Notes: a model not told the origin generated them from the sequence alone. Shown: positions 29,381 through 40,563, counted from the first letter of the stretch. The stretch is DNA of 64,000 nucleotides from Allosphingosinicella sp. (GCA_036386495.1 DASVVP010000129.1:3464-67463); one strand, 5' to 3'. Made by a program: numbers and translations.

Positions 29381-29840
29381 TGCGGGCATCGATCCCGGCG
29401 ATCAATGCGTAGATTGCGTCCTTGGAGCGCGCGCCGCGCAGCTTGGCGACCGCCTGGCGGTCGCGCAGCATCCGGCTGACGCCGGCGAGTGCCTTGAGAT
29501 GGTCGGCGCCAGCATCGGGCGGCGAGAGCAGGAGCACGACCATATCTACCGGCATCCCGTCCACCGCCTGATAGTCGATCGGCGTCGCCAGGCGGGCGAA
29601 ATAGCCGAACACCCCATCGAGGCCCTCGATCTTGCTGTGCGGAATTGCGACGCCGCCGCCGAAGCCGGTCGAGCCGGTCTTCTCGCGCTCCGCCAGCGCG
29701 CTCGCGATCGCCTTGGCCGGAAGCCCGGTGCGCCGCGCGGCGGCGGCAGCCAGCGCGTGAAACAAGGCCTTCTTGTTCGCGACCTGGAGCCCCGCATCGA
29801 CCGCGTCCGCCGCAATCAGTTCCGAAAGATCGTTCATCAT
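29370..29840 (-). CDS. ptsN: PTS IIA nitrogen-regulatory protein
   Basis: EREKTGSTGFGGGVAIPH, HLKALA. Confidence 0.9.
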   Translation of the reverse strand: MMNDLSELIAADAVDAGLQVANKKALFHALAAAAARRTGLPAKAIASALAEREKTGSTGFGGGVAIPHSKIEGLDGVFGYFARLATPIDYQAVDGMPVDMVVLLLSPPDAGADHLKALAGVSRMLRDRQAVAKLRGARSKDAIYALIAGIDARNAA

Positions 29841-29914
29841 GCACCTGGCGGAAAAAGCGTCCGCCCTCGAGGGAAAAGGATGGGTGGGTGGAAGCCGGCC
29901 CCCCTGCGGACCGC

Positions 29915-30493
29915 TCAGTCCCGCTTCGGCTCGACCCAGCCGATGGTCCCGTCTTGTCGTCGATAGACCATGTTGAACCTGGCGGTCGCGCTGTTGCGGA
30001 ACAGCAAGGCGTTGGTGTTCCTGAGATCGAGCAGCATCACGGCATCGGACACGCTGGCGTCGGGGATGTCGACGCTGGTCTCGGCGACGATCGGAGGATT
30101 GTCGCCGGGCTCCTCCTCCTCCGAAGGCGGAGCGAAAACGGTGTAGGAGGCCTCGCCGTCGACCAGCGCCAGCCCGTCGCCAACGGACGTCGCCTGGCGG
30201 TCCTTGAGCCGTCGCATGTAGCGGCGGAGCTGCTTCTCGATCCGCTCGGCGGCCTGGTCGAAGGCCGGGTGGGCCTCCTGCGCGCGGCCCGAGCCCTTGA
30301 GGATCACCCCCTGCATGACGTGCGCGACGATGTCGCAGGTGAAGGCGTGGTCGTGCGGACCCTTGCCGAAGGTGACATGGGCGGAAAGCGCACGCTCGAA
30401 AGATTTGTCCGCCATGGCGGCGAGTCGATCCTCGACATGCTGGCGAAGGGCCTCGCCGGTCTCGACCTGGTGCCCGGAAACCCGGATCTCCAT
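29915..30493 (-). CDS. hpf: Ribosome hibernation promoting factor (long HPF / RaiA)
   Basis: EKQLRRY, VYRRQDGTIGWVEP. Confidence 0.92.
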   Translation of the reverse strand: MEIRVSGHQVETGEALRQHVEDRLAAMADKSFERALSAHVTFGKGPHDHAFTCDIVAHVMQGVILKGSGRAQEAHPAFDQAAERIEKQLRRYMRRLKDRQATSVGDGLALVDGEASYTVFAPPSEEEEPGDNPPIVAETSVDIPDASVSDAVMLLDLRNTNALLFRNSATARFNMVYRRQDGTIGWVEPKRD

Positions 30494-30520
30494 TGCGCTC
30501 TCCACTGCCCGCCGCGCCGC

Positions 30521-31246
30521 TTAGGCGCCGTCGCGGCTTTCCGTCAACCGATGCCATATGGGATCGGCGAGGCCGCTCAGGAAGGCTGCGTGGCGGAGCA
30601 GCTCGTCTTCGCTCGGCGCGTGCGGCCGCGGGGGCCTGACGGTGATCGCGACCGGGGCCGCGGCGGCGAGCTCCGCGGCATCCAGCGCCAGATCGGGCGC
30701 TTCCTCGCCGGCGCCGAGCGACAGCCCGATCTGCCGGCCGCCGGTCAGCTCGACATAGACCTGGGCCAGCAATTGCGCGTCGATCAGGGCGCCGTGCTTG
30801 ACGCGCAGGCTGCGGTCGACCCCGAAGCGGGTACAAAGAGCGTCGAGGCTGTGCTTGGCTCCGGGATGGCGCTGGCGGGCGATCGAGAGCGTGTCGACCA
30901 TGCGGCTGGTGCAGATCAGCGGCCGGCCGCAATTGTTGAGCTCGTGGTTGATGAAGGCGAAATCGAAGCCGGCATTGTGCGCGATCAGCGGCGCATCTTC
31001 TCCGATGAAGGCGAGCAGCTCGCCGACCTTCTCGTGGAAGCGCGGCTTGTCGGACAGGAAGCGATCGGAGAGGCCGTGGACCGCCTCGGCGCCGCTCGGC
31101 ATCGGCCGGTCCGGATTGAAGTAAGCGTGCCAGGTGCGGCCGGTCTCGCAGCGGTTGACCAGCTCTACGCAGCCGATCTCGACCATGCGGTCGCCGGCGA
31201 GCGGGCTGAGGCCCGTGGTTTCCGTGTCGAAGACGATTTCCCGCAT
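30521..31246 (-). CDS. dnaQ: DNA polymerase III epsilon subunit
   Basis: FDTETTG, AHNAGFD, HGALIDA. Confidence 0.96.
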   Translation of the reverse strand: MREIVFDTETTGLSPLAGDRMVEIGCVELVNRCETGRTWHAYFNPDRPMPSGAEAVHGLSDRFLSDKPRFHEKVGELLAFIGEDAPLIAHNAGFDFAFINHELNNCGRPLICTSRMVDTLSIARQRHPGAKHSLDALCTRFGVDRSLRVKHGALIDAQLLAQVYVELTGGRQIGLSLGAGEEAPDLALDAAELAAAAPVAITVRPPRPHAPSEDELLRHAAFLSGLADPIWHRLTESRDGA

Positions 31247-31256
31247 CTCGCGAACG

Positions 31257-31850
31257 TTATGAATCGGCGACGCCGGTCAGACAAGCGACGATGCGGCGAA
31301 CCGCTCGTCGCGTTTCGTCGAGCGGGCCGCTGGTGTCGATGACGAAATCGGCGCGGGCGCGCTTCTCCCGGTCGGGCAGCTGCCGGGCGAGGATCGAGTC
31401 GAGCTTCGCAGGAGTCATTCCCAGCCGGCGAAGGACGCGCGCGCGCTGGATCTCTTCAGGCGCCGAGACCACCACGACCTTGTCGACGTCCTTCCAGCCG
31501 CCCGCCTCGAACAGCAGGGGGATGTCGAGCAGGACGAGCGGCGCCCCGGCATGCGCCGCTAGGAAGGCCTCGCGCTCGCGCGCAACGGCAGGGTGGACGA
31601 GCTCCTCGAGCCTGCGCAGCTTGGCCGGCTCCCCGAGCACCCGCTCGGCAAGCGCGCCCCGATTCACGCCCCCGGCGCCGGTGGTGCCGGGGAAATGCGC
31701 CTCGATCTCGGCGACCAGCGCCCCCTCCGGCCCCTGCAGCCGGTGGACGGCAGCATCGGCATCGAACACCGGCACGCCCTCCTCGGCGAACATCGCGGCG
31801 ACAGTGGACTTTCCCATGCCGATCGAACCGGTGAGGCCGAGCCGTTTCAT
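31257..31850 (-). CDS. coaE: Dephospho-CoA kinase
   Basis: GLTGSIGMGKST, DIPLLFE. Confidence 0.96.
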   Translation of the reverse strand: MKRLGLTGSIGMGKSTVAAMFAEEGVPVFDADAAVHRLQGPEGALVAEIEAHFPGTTGAGGVNRGALAERVLGEPAKLRRLEELVHPAVAREREAFLAAHAGAPLVLLDIPLLFEAGGWKDVDKVVVVSAPEEIQRARVLRRLGMTPAKLDSILARQLPDREKRARADFVIDTSGPLDETRRAVRRIVACLTGVADS

Positions 31851-32674
31851 GACGTCAGCAATGCGCGAAGGTCCCGGTAATGCCGGTCGGGCGCTGCTGC
31901 TCCAAAGAACAGCCGGAATGCCTCCGCGGCTTGGCTAATCAGCATGTCGAGGCCGTCGCTAATGAGGAAATTCAGCTCGCCGGTGCGCCTGAGAAACGGC
32001 GTTTCCAGCGGGTGATAGACCATCTCGACGGCCGAAGCGTCCGGGTGGGCTTGGTCAAGAGCCTCGAGAACCGGCCGGGACAGCGGCGCGTGCCCGGCCA
32101 TGCCCCCGCTGGAAGCCTGAACGATGATTTCAGCGCCCGTCATGGCAAGGGAAGCATCAGCCTCGCCGAAAATCGCGAGGCCACTCGACAGATTGCGCAG
32201 TCGATCGCGGGCCAGCTCGGGCCGGCGGACAATGATCCGGATGTCGTGAACGCTGTGCGAGGCCAGCGCGTAGATTGCCGAACGCGCTGCGCCCCCGGCG
32301 CCAATGATGCACGCGCGTCTCCCGCTGAGCGGCCCGGGCAGCAAAGCCACGACCCCGTCGACGTCGGTATTGCCGCCGACCAATCCGCTTTGAGTTGGTG
32401 TGATGACGTTCACCGCCCCGGTGCCGGCTGCGGCGGAGCTCATTCTTTCGACGAGGTGCGGCGCCGCTTCTTTCAGAGGCATCGTGACATTGCAGCCCCG
32501 CCAATCCGGATCGCCTCGACGGCCGTCGAGGAAGGTGGGCAACTCGTCCGCGCTGAGGCGCGTGAGCCGGTATTCGCCCTTGATGCCCAGGCGATTCAGC
32601 CACAAATTGTGGATCTGGGGCGACTTGGAATGGGCGATCGGATCGCCGATCACTTCGGCATAAGGGACGCTCAT
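31847..32674 (-). CDS. aroE: Shikimate dehydrogenase
   Basis: GDPIAHSKSP, NVTMPLK, GNTDVDG, IGAGGAAR, GLDMLISQA. Confidence 0.92.
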   Translation of the reverse strand: MSVPYAEVIGDPIAHSKSPQIHNLWLNRLGIKGEYRLTRLSADELPTFLDGRRGDPDWRGCNVTMPLKEAAPHLVERMSSAAAGTGAVNVITPTQSGLVGGNTDVDGVVALLPGPLSGRRACIIGAGGAARSAIYALASHSVHDIRIIVRRPELARDRLRNLSSGLAIFGEADASLAMTGAEIIVQASSGGMAGHAPLSRPVLEALDQAHPDASAVEMVYHPLETPFLRRTGELNFLISDGLDMLISQAAEAFRLFFGAAAPDRHYRDLRALLTS

Positions 32675-33267
32675 CAGCTCGACAGCAGGCCGCGCTCGCG
32701 GAAGAAGGCGAGCAGGGGAAGGAGCGGCAGGCCGAGCACGGCGAAGTGGCTACCCGCGATGCGCTCGAACAGCTGCACGCCGGGGCCTTCGATCCGGTAG
32801 CCGCCCACGCTCCAGCGGATCGCTTCGTATTCCCGGTCGAGATAGCCCTCGATGAAGCGATCGGTGAGCGTTCGCATCGTCAGTTCGACCGTCTCGCTCT
32901 GCCAGAACACGGTCTCGCCATCCTCGACGACGACCGCGGCAGCATGGAGTGCATGGCTGCGGCCGCTGAGTGCGCGGAGTTGGTCGAAGGCGTCACCGCG
33001 CGAGCCCGGCTTGGAGAGGATGGCGCCGTCTTCGAGCTCGAGCGTCTGGTCGGCACCGAGCACCAGCGTCCCCGGCCCCGCCTCCACGGACAGCGCCTTC
33101 AGCTGCGCCAGCTCCTCGGCGACTCCGCGGGCGTCGAACCCGGCCGCTTCGAGCCCCGCCTTGGCCGCCGCCTCGTCGAGCTCGGCCTCGACCGTCTCGA
33201 ACGCAACGCCGGCCGCTTCGAGCATGCGACGGCGCGCTTCGCTCTTCGAGGCGAGGAGAAGCTTCAC
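32674..33267 (-). CDS. maf: Maf family nucleoside triphosphate pyrophosphatase
   Basis: LLLASKSEARR, LGADQTL, GLPLLPL; GTGA overlap start. Confidence 0.93.
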   Translation of the reverse strand: MKLLLASKSEARRRMLEAAGVAFETVEAELDEAAAKAGLEAAGFDARGVAEELAQLKALSVEAGPGTLVLGADQTLELEDGAILSKPGSRGDAFDQLRALSGRSHALHAAAVVVEDGETVFWQSETVELTMRTLTDRFIEGYLDREYEAIRWSVGGYRIEGPGVQLFERIAGSHFAVLGLPLLPLLAFFRERGLLSS

Positions 33268-34085
33268 GTCCCGTTGGCCGCTTCGTAGCGCTCGGTGCAG
33301 AGTTTGACGATCGCCAGCGCGGTCTCCTCGATCGAGCGGCGGGTGACGTCGATCACCGGCCAGCCATTGTCGGAGAAGATACGCCGCGCGAAGGCAAGCT
33401 CGGCGCTGACCGATTCGTGGTCGACATAGTCGGTCTCGGGCGCCTGGTTGAGCGACAGCAGCCGGTTGCGGCGGATCTGGATAAGCCGGTCGGGATTGGT
33501 GGTGAGGCCGACGACGAGGGGGTGGCGGAGCGTGAACAGGGCCGGCGGCGGCGGCGCTTCGGGCACGAGAGGGATGTTGGCGACCTTGTAGCCGCGATTG
33601 GCGAGATAGATTGCGGTCGGAGTCTTCGAGGTGCGCGAGACTCCGGCGAGGATCATGTCGGCCTCCTCCCAATTCTCCGAGCCGATGCCGTCGTCATGGG
33701 CGATGGTGAACTGGATCGCGTCGACCCGCGCGAAATAAGCGGCGTCGAGCGCGTGCTGCCGGCCCGGCCGCCCGGCCGCCTGCTGGCCGAGCACCGCCGA
33801 GAGGGCGTGAACGACCGGATCGAGCACCGAGACGCAATGGATACCGCGGCGCCGGCTCTGCTGCTCGAGCTCGCGCCGGATGCTGTTATTGACCAACGTA
33901 TAGAAGACCAGGCCCGGCCGCCGCTCGACGTCGTCGAGCACCCGCTCGAGATGTCCTTCCGAACGCACCATCGGCCAGAGATGGCGTTTGACCTCGACAT
34001 TCTCGAACTGGGCGAGGCAGGCGTTGGCGATCACCTCCAGCGTCTCGCCGGTCGAATCGGAGAGCAGGTGGAGATGGAGCTCCAT
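33264..34085 (-). CDS. Pyruvate,phosphate/water dikinase regulatory protein (DUF299 kinase/pyrophosphorylase)
   Basis: HLLSDSTGET, HDDG, GVSRTSKTPT.IYLANRG, SIEETA. Confidence 0.93.
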   Translation of the reverse strand: MELHLHLLSDSTGETLEVIANACLAQFENVEVKRHLWPMVRSEGHLERVLDDVERRPGLVFYTLVNNSIRRELEQQSRRRGIHCVSVLDPVVHALSAVLGQQAAGRPGRQHALDAAYFARVDAIQFTIAHDDGIGSENWEEADMILAGVSRTSKTPTAIYLANRGYKVANIPLVPEAPPPPALFTLRHPLVVGLTTNPDRLIQIRRNRLLSLNQAPETDYVDHESVSAELAFARRIFSDNGWPVIDVTRRSIEETALAIVKLCTERYEAANGT

Positions 34086-34396
34086 CACGCCGGGCCGCTG
34101 TGGAAAAGCATGAGGGCAAGCGCTAGCGAAACCGTGTGGACGGTTCCAGCACAAGGATTCGCCCCCGCCCTTCGCGATCGCTCCACAGCCCTGCGAACAG
34201 GGGGCGAAAGGTCTCCACAGCCTGTGAAAAACGGGAACAAACCGGGCGACTCGCGGGGATTGCAGCGCCTCGAGCGACCGCTGCCTGTTTGCAATTCCGT
34301 CACGAACCAATAAACCCCGGCTTCAGCGCGCCAACAGCTTACTACAATCCTCTTATATAAGACTCTTATAGAGAGAAGAGCGGAGCCCGAGCCCCC
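34086..34396. other. Chromosomal replication origin (oriC)
   Basis: Between DUF299 gene and hemE; DnaA-box-like 9-mers at 34099, 34135, 34179, 34211, 34223; GANTC at 34156, 34248, 34361; AT-rich tract 34339-34378; gene orientation diverges here; parS/parAB nearby. Confidence 0.85.
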
Positions 34397-35422
34397 ATGC
34401 CCGGCCAGACCAAGCCCTTGCTCGCCGTCCTCACGGGCGAGACTGCCCCGAAGCCTCCGCTCTGGCTGATGCGTCAGGCGGGACGCTATTTGCCGGAATA
34501 TCGGGCGCTGAGGGCCGAGAAAGGCGGGTTTCTCGCTTTGGTCTATGATAGCGCGGCGGCTGCCGAAATCACGCTGCAGCCGATCCGCCGCTTCGGCTTC
34601 GATGGCGCGATCCTGTTCTCGGACATCTTGATCGTCCCGCACGCGCTCGGCCAGGACCTCGTCTTCGAGGCCGGCGAGGGCCCGCGCCTGTCGCCGACGA
34701 TGATCGAAGCAAGGCTCGATCAGCTGGAGCCGGCGCTTTCGCGACTCCGCCCGATCTATGAGACCGTGGCGAAGGTAAAGGCCGCGCTGCCGGAGGAGAC
34801 CACCCTGCTCGGCTTCGCGGGCAGCTCCTGGACGGTGGCGACCTACATGGTCGCCGGCCGCGGCTCGAAGGAGCAGGCCGAGGCGCGTCGCCTGGCTTAT
34901 TCGGATCCGCAGCGCTTCGGCGAAATCATCGACGCCGTGACGTCAACCACCGTCGAGTATCTCTCCGGCCAGATCGATGCCGGAGTAGAGGCGGTGCAAT
35001 TGTTCGACAGCTGGGCCGGCAGCCTCTCCCCTGCGCAGTTCGAGCGTTGGGTGATCGCGCCGACCGCGGCGATCGTGGCGGCATTGAAGACGCGCCATCC
35101 CGACGTGCCGGTAATCGGTTTCCCGAAGGGCGCGGGCGGTAAACTCCCAGCTTATGCGCGCGAGACGGGGGTCGATGCGATCGGTTTGGACGAGACTGTG
35201 GACCCCGTCTGGGCTGCCGCCGCCCTGCCGCCGGGTCTTCCCGTCCAGGGCAATCTCGACCCGCTCGCCTTGATCGCTGGCGGCGAGGCGCTTGAACATG
35301 GGGTGCGGCGCATCATATCGGCGCTGGAGGGGAGGCCGCACGTGTTCAACCTCGGCCATGGCATCCTTCCCGACACTCCGATCCCGCACGTCGAGCGCCT
35401 GCTGGAGCTCGTTCGCCGGTGA
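34397..35422 (+). CDS. hemE: Uroporphyrinogen decarboxylase
   Basis: WLMRQAGRYLPEYR, LFSDIL, FNLGHGI. Confidence 0.97.
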   Translation: MPGQTKPLLAVLTGETAPKPPLWLMRQAGRYLPEYRALRAEKGGFLALVYDSAAAAEITLQPIRRFGFDGAILFSDILIVPHALGQDLVFEAGEGPRLSPTMIEARLDQLEPALSRLRPIYETVAKVKAALPEETTLLGFAGSSWTVATYMVAGRGSKEQAEARRLAYSDPQRFGEIIDAVTSTTVEYLSGQIDAGVEAVQLFDSWAGSLSPAQFERWVIAPTAAIVAALKTRHPDVPVIGFPKGAGGKLPAYARETGVDAIGLDETVDPVWAAAALPPGLPVQGNLDPLALIAGGEALEHGVRRIISALEGRPHVFNLGHGILPDTPIPHVERLLELVRR

Positions 35423-35880
35423 TGTTCGACTACGATCTCAACACGGCACTCATCGTGACCTATCAGTGGATCAAGGCGGCGCACGTCATCTTCGTGGTCT
35501 TCTGGATCGCGGGCCTGTTCATGCTGCCGCGTTACTATGTCTACCATCAGGAGGCGGCGGCAGGTTCGGCCGAGGAGCAGAGGTGGATCGAGCGCGAGCG
35601 CAAGCTCCGCAACATCATCATCACGCCGGCGATGCTGATGGTCTGGGCGCTCGGCCTCACCCTCGCTTATTCGAGCGGCGCCTGGAACCAGACCTGGCTG
35701 CAGCTGAAGCTCCTGCTTGTCCTCGGCCTGTCCGCCTATCACGGCTGGATGATCGGCTACGGGCGCAGGCTCGCGCGCGGGGAGCGGCCGGTCAGCGGGC
35801 GCAGCCTCCGGCTCATGAACGAGATCCCCGGTGTCGCGACCGCTCTGATCGTCATCCTGGTCATCGTGAAGCCGTTCTGA
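35422..35880 (+). CDS. hemJ: Protoporphyrinogen oxidase HemJ (CopD-like membrane protein)
   Basis: WIKAAHVIFVVFWIAGLFMLPR, NEIP, KPF; follows hemE. Confidence 0.88.
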   Translation: MFDYDLNTALIVTYQWIKAAHVIFVVFWIAGLFMLPRYYVYHQEAAAGSAEEQRWIERERKLRNIIITPAMLMVWALGLTLAYSSGAWNQTWLQLKLLLVLGLSAYHGWMIGYGRRLARGERPVSGRSLRLMNEIPGVATALIVILVIVKPF

Positions 35881-35925
35881 GGCCATCGTACTCCATCCGA
35901 CCGCAAACCCGGCAATTTCGTCGGC

Positions 35926-36052
35926 TTGACTTGGTTTAGGGCGGAGCCTAACCCGCTCTTCGTCGTTTGCCTGCCGTCCGCGCAAGCATCCATCCCGCCG
36001 CCCACATCCCCTGTTCGCCGGCGCCGTGAATCCAATCTCCCGAGTATTTCCC
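35926..36052 (+). promoter_or_regulatory. rho promoter and C-rich leader
   Basis: TTGACT-N17-TAACCC (35926-35954), then a C-rich leader of about 95 nt without an SD. Confidence 0.5.
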
Positions 36053-37309
<1,257 letters not shown>

Positions 37310-37313
37310 CCCG

Positions 37314-38291
37314 TCAGGGCAGCAGCACGACCGAGCCGGTGGTTTTGCGCGACTCGAGCGCGCGGTGCGCATCGGCGGCTTCGCGGAGCGGGAAGCGGGC
37401 CCCGATCTTCACGGGAACGGCGCCGCCGACGATCATTTCGAAGAGCCGCGCGGCCGATGCGCGCATCTCGTCCGCAGTGGCCGCATAGTCGGCCAGCGTC
37501 GGCCGGGTCACGAACACGGAGCCGGCGCGGAGCAGGGCCAGCGCGCTGAACGGCGGCACCGGACCCGAGGCATTGCCGTAGCTGACGATCAGCCCGCGCC
37601 GCGCCACCGCGCCGAGTGATGCCGCCCAGCTCGCGGCGCCGACGCCGTCGAGCACGATCGGGACGCCGGCGCCGCCGGTCAGCGCGGCTACTTCTCCGGC
37701 GAGCGCTTCCATGGGGCAGCAGAGGCTGTGATCGGCGCCGGCGTCAGTCGCCATCGCCGCCTTCTCCGCGGAGCCCGAATGGGCGATGACGGTGGCGCCG
37801 ATCGCCTTCAGCCAGGGCACCAGGATCGACCCGACCCCGCCCGCGGCGGCGTGGACCAGCACCGCCTGCCCCGCCTCGATCCGGGCGCAGCGCTCGATCA
37901 GATATTCCGCGGTGCAGCCCTTCAGCATCGCCGCGGCGGCTTGCTCCGCCGAGATCCCCTCGGGCAGCTTCACCAGCCGCTCCGCCGAGACGGCGCGATG
38001 GCTCGCATAGGCGCCGAGCGGCCCGGTGAAGTAGCCGACCCGGCCTCCCCGATCGAAGCCGCTGACGCCTTCGCCAACCGCTTCGACGATTCCCGCAGCC
38101 TCGCCGCCGAGGCCGGAGGGCAAGGTCAGGGGATAGAGGCCCGAGCGGTGATAGGTGTCGATGAAGTTCAGCCCCACCGCCTCGTGCCGCACCAGCACCT
38201 CGCCCGGGCCGGGCCGCGGCATCGCGATCTCCCGCACCTCGAGCACCTCCGGCCCCCCGGTGCGCTCGATGAGGATCGCGTAGGCGCTCAC
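37314..38291 (-). CDS. qor: NADPH:quinone oxidoreductase (MDR family)
   Basis: GLNFIDTYHRSGLY, HAAAGGVG, YGNASG. Confidence 0.88.
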   Translation of the reverse strand: MSAYAILIERTGGPEVLEVREIAMPRPGPGEVLVRHEAVGLNFIDTYHRSGLYPLTLPSGLGGEAAGIVEAVGEGVSGFDRGGRVGYFTGPLGAYASHRAVSAERLVKLPEGISAEQAAAAMLKGCTAEYLIERCARIEAGQAVLVHAAAGGVGSILVPWLKAIGATVIAHSGSAEKAAMATDAGADHSLCCPMEALAGEVAALTGGAGVPIVLDGVGAASWAASLGAVARRGLIVSYGNASGPVPPFSALALLRAGSVFVTRPTLADYAATADEMRASAARLFEMIVGGAVPVKIGARFPLREAADAHRALESRKTTGSVVLLP

Positions 38292-38980
38292 CCGATATGC
38301 TCGGCGAAGAACGCCTCCGTCCGCCCGTCCGCGAGCTGGGCCGCTTCCTCACTCCGCCGCTTGCCCATTTCGGCGGCGAAACCGTGGTCCTCGCCGGGAT
38401 AATCGTGGAGAGTGACGCGGGGGTGGTGGTCGAGCGCTTCGTGCATCTTGCGCTGGACCTCGGGGGAGACGAAGCCGTCGGCGCCGGCGATGTGGAGCAT
38501 CAGCGGCCGCGCGATCGCGTTCTTCTCGCCAAGGATGTTGTCGAGCCCGACCGCATAATAGCCGACGCTCGCGTCGACGTCGGTCCGCGCCGCCGTCATG
38601 TAAGCGAGGCGGCCGCCGAGGCAGTAGCCGACGCAGCCGACCCTGCCGCCGTCCGAAAGCCGCGACCGCGCCGCGCGGATCGCAGCCTCGATGTCCTTTA
38701 TCCCCTGGTCCTGATCGAAGCGGCCCATGAGGTCGAGCGCCTGCTCGAACTGGTCGGCGACGTCCGGGTCGAGCTCGACGCCCGCCTGGAGCCGCCAGAA
38801 CAGGTCCGGCGCGATCGCGAGATAGCCGAGCTCCGCCCAGCGGTCGCATTTGCGGCGGATGCCTTCGTTGACGCCGAATATCTCCTGGATGACGACGATG
38901 GCGCCGCGCGGCGTCCCCTCCGGCTCGGCCAGATAGGCGCCGAAGCGCTCGCCGCCGTCCAGCGTCTGGATCTCGATCAT
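38288..38980 (-). CDS. Dienelactone hydrolase family protein
   Basis: QEIFGVN, GYCLGG, HGF. Confidence 0.92.
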   Translation of the reverse strand: MIEIQTLDGGERFGAYLAEPEGTPRGAIVVIQEIFGVNEGIRRKCDRWAELGYLAIAPDLFWRLQAGVELDPDVADQFEQALDLMGRFDQDQGIKDIEAAIRAARSRLSDGGRVGCVGYCLGGRLAYMTAARTDVDASVGYYAVGLDNILGEKNAIARPLMLHIAGADGFVSPEVQRKMHEALDHHPRVTLHDYPGEDHGFAAEMGKRRSEEAAQLADGRTEAFFAEHIG

Positions 38981-39035
38981 CCCGGTTCTCCTTTGCTGCG
39001 CAGCGCGCCTATAGAGCGGGGCGAAGGGAGACGCC

Positions 39036-39269
39036 ATGAAAGTCACCATCGACATCGACTGCACGCCCGAGGAGGCGCGCCGCTTCATGGGCCTGCCGGA
39101 CCTGACCCCCGTCCACGAGGCCTATGTCGACAAGCTCGCGAGCGCCGTGGCAGACGGGCCGACGCCGGAGCTCGTGGCGGACATGATGAAGAGCTGGGGC
39201 CCGATGAGCGAGGCCGGCCTCTCGATGTGGCGGCAGATGCTCGAGGGGATGAAGACGGGGCCGCGGTGA
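39036..39269 (+). CDS. DUF6489 family small protein
   Basis: MKVTIDIDCTPEEARRFMGLPDL; SD GGGAG. Confidence 0.85.
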   Translation: MKVTIDIDCTPEEARRFMGLPDLTPVHEAYVDKLASAVADGPTPELVADMMKSWGPMSEAGLSMWRQMLEGMKTGPR

Positions 39270-40534
39270 GCGACACCATCTATGCTCTCTCCTCGGGCGG
39301 CCCTCCGGCCGCCATCGCCGTGATCCGGATCAGCGGACCCGGAGCGGAGGCCGCCGTCAAAGCGCTGACCGGGACGCTGCCGCAGCCGCGGCGGGCGACC
39401 CTGGTGAAGGTCCGGCACGACGGCGAGGAGATCGACCGCGCCCTTGCCTTGCGCTTTCCGGGCCCGGAGAGCGCCACTGGAGAGGATATCGCCGAGCTCC
39501 ACCTCCATGGCGGCCGCGCGGTCGTTCGGGCCGTGCTGAGCGCCCTGGGCGCCGTGGAGGGGCTGCGCGAGGCGGAACCGGGCGAGTTCACCCGCCGCGC
39601 CTTCCTGAACGGCCGTATCGACCTCGCCGAGGCCGAGGGCCTGGCCGACCTGCTCAGCGCCGAGACCGAGGCCCAGCGCCGCGCCGCGCATGCGATGGCC
39701 GGCGGCGCGCTCAGCCGGCAGATCGACGCCTGGCGCGAAGCGATCCTGAGCCTGGCGGCCGACGTGGAGGCGATGCTCGACTTCGCGGACGAGGCTGATG
39801 TTGGCGAAGGTGCCGCAGAACGCTGGCCCGGCCGCGCCCGGGGTTTGGCGGCGGAGATGGCGGAGATGCTGGAGCGGCCGCCCGCCGAGCGCCTCCGCGA
39901 CGGTGTCAGGGTCGCGATCGCCGGTCCACCAAATGCAGGAAAATCCAGCCTTCTTAATGCGATAGCGCAGCGGGAGGCGGCGATCACATCGCCCGTACCG
40001 GGTACGACACGCGACCTCATCGAAGCGCCCGTCGCGATCGCCGGGATTCCCTTCCTGCTGACCGACACCGCGGGTCTGCGCGAAAGCCCCGATGCGATCG
40101 AACGAGTCGGCATTGCGCGCGCGCGCGCCGCCATGGATGCCGCAGATATCATATTGTGGCTCGGCATGCCCGCCGATGCACCCCCCGGCGCCATGCGCAT
40201 TCATCCCAAGTCCGATCTCGCCCTGCCCCGGGCCGGCGCCGATTTCGCCGTTTCGGCGGTAACGGGGGAGGGCCTTGCCGATCTCGCGCGGCTCCTCGTG
40301 GACCGGGCGCGCGCCCTGCTCCCGCGAGAGGGAGAGGTGGCGCTGCACAGCCGGCATCGAACGCTGGTGGCGGCTTGCAAAGACGCCCTGCAGGAAGCGG
40401 CCAGCGCCCAGGACGCTCTCATCGCTGCGGAAGCACTCCGTTCCGCCCGGATGGCGCTGGACCGGGTAACCGGGCGGGCCGGCGTCGAGGAAATGCTCGA
40501 CGCGCTGTTCGGCCGCTTTTGCATCGGCAAGTAA
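39266..40534 (+). CDS. mnmE: tRNA modification GTPase MnmE
   Basis: [34 protein letters not shown], terminal FCIGK. Confidence 0.96.
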   Translation: MSDTIYALSSGGPPAAIAVIRISGPGAEAAVKALTGTLPQPRRATLVKVRHDGEEIDRALALRFPGPESATGEDIAELHLHGGRAVVRAVLSALGAVEGLREAEPGEFTRRAFLNGRIDLAEAEGLADLLSAETEAQRRAAHAMAGGALSRQIDAWREAILSLAADVEAMLDFADEADVGEGAAERWPGRARGLAAEMAEMLERPPAERLRDGVRVAIAGPPNAGKSSLLNAIAQREAAITSPVPGTTRDLIEAPVAIAGIPFLLTDTAGLRESPDAIERVGIARARAAMDAADIILWLGMPADAPPGAMRIHPKSDLALPRAGADFAVSAVTGEGLADLARLLVDRARALLPREGEVALHSRHRTLVAACKDALQEAASAQDALIAAEALRSARMALDRVTGRAGVEEMLDALFGRFCIGK

Positions 40535-40536
40535 GT

Positions 40537-40552
40537 TGTTCCACGTGGAACA
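40537..40552. other. parS site 1
   Basis: Perfect palindrome TGTTCCACGTGGAACA between mnmE and mnmG. Confidence 0.93.
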
Positions 40553-40563
40553 AAGCCATAGAT

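Noticed and set aside
32608-32616. DnaA-box-like AGATCCACA in aroE
   Set aside because: Explained by the conserved Q-I-H-N codons; isolated, 1.5 kb from oriC.
38297-39265. Apparent long N-terminal fusions on MnmE (likewise PtsN, LptE, ParB, RibA, ThrS and GlnD in the ORF track)
   Set aside because: Artifacts of taking the first start codon; conserved N-termini begin at the coupled starts given in the features.
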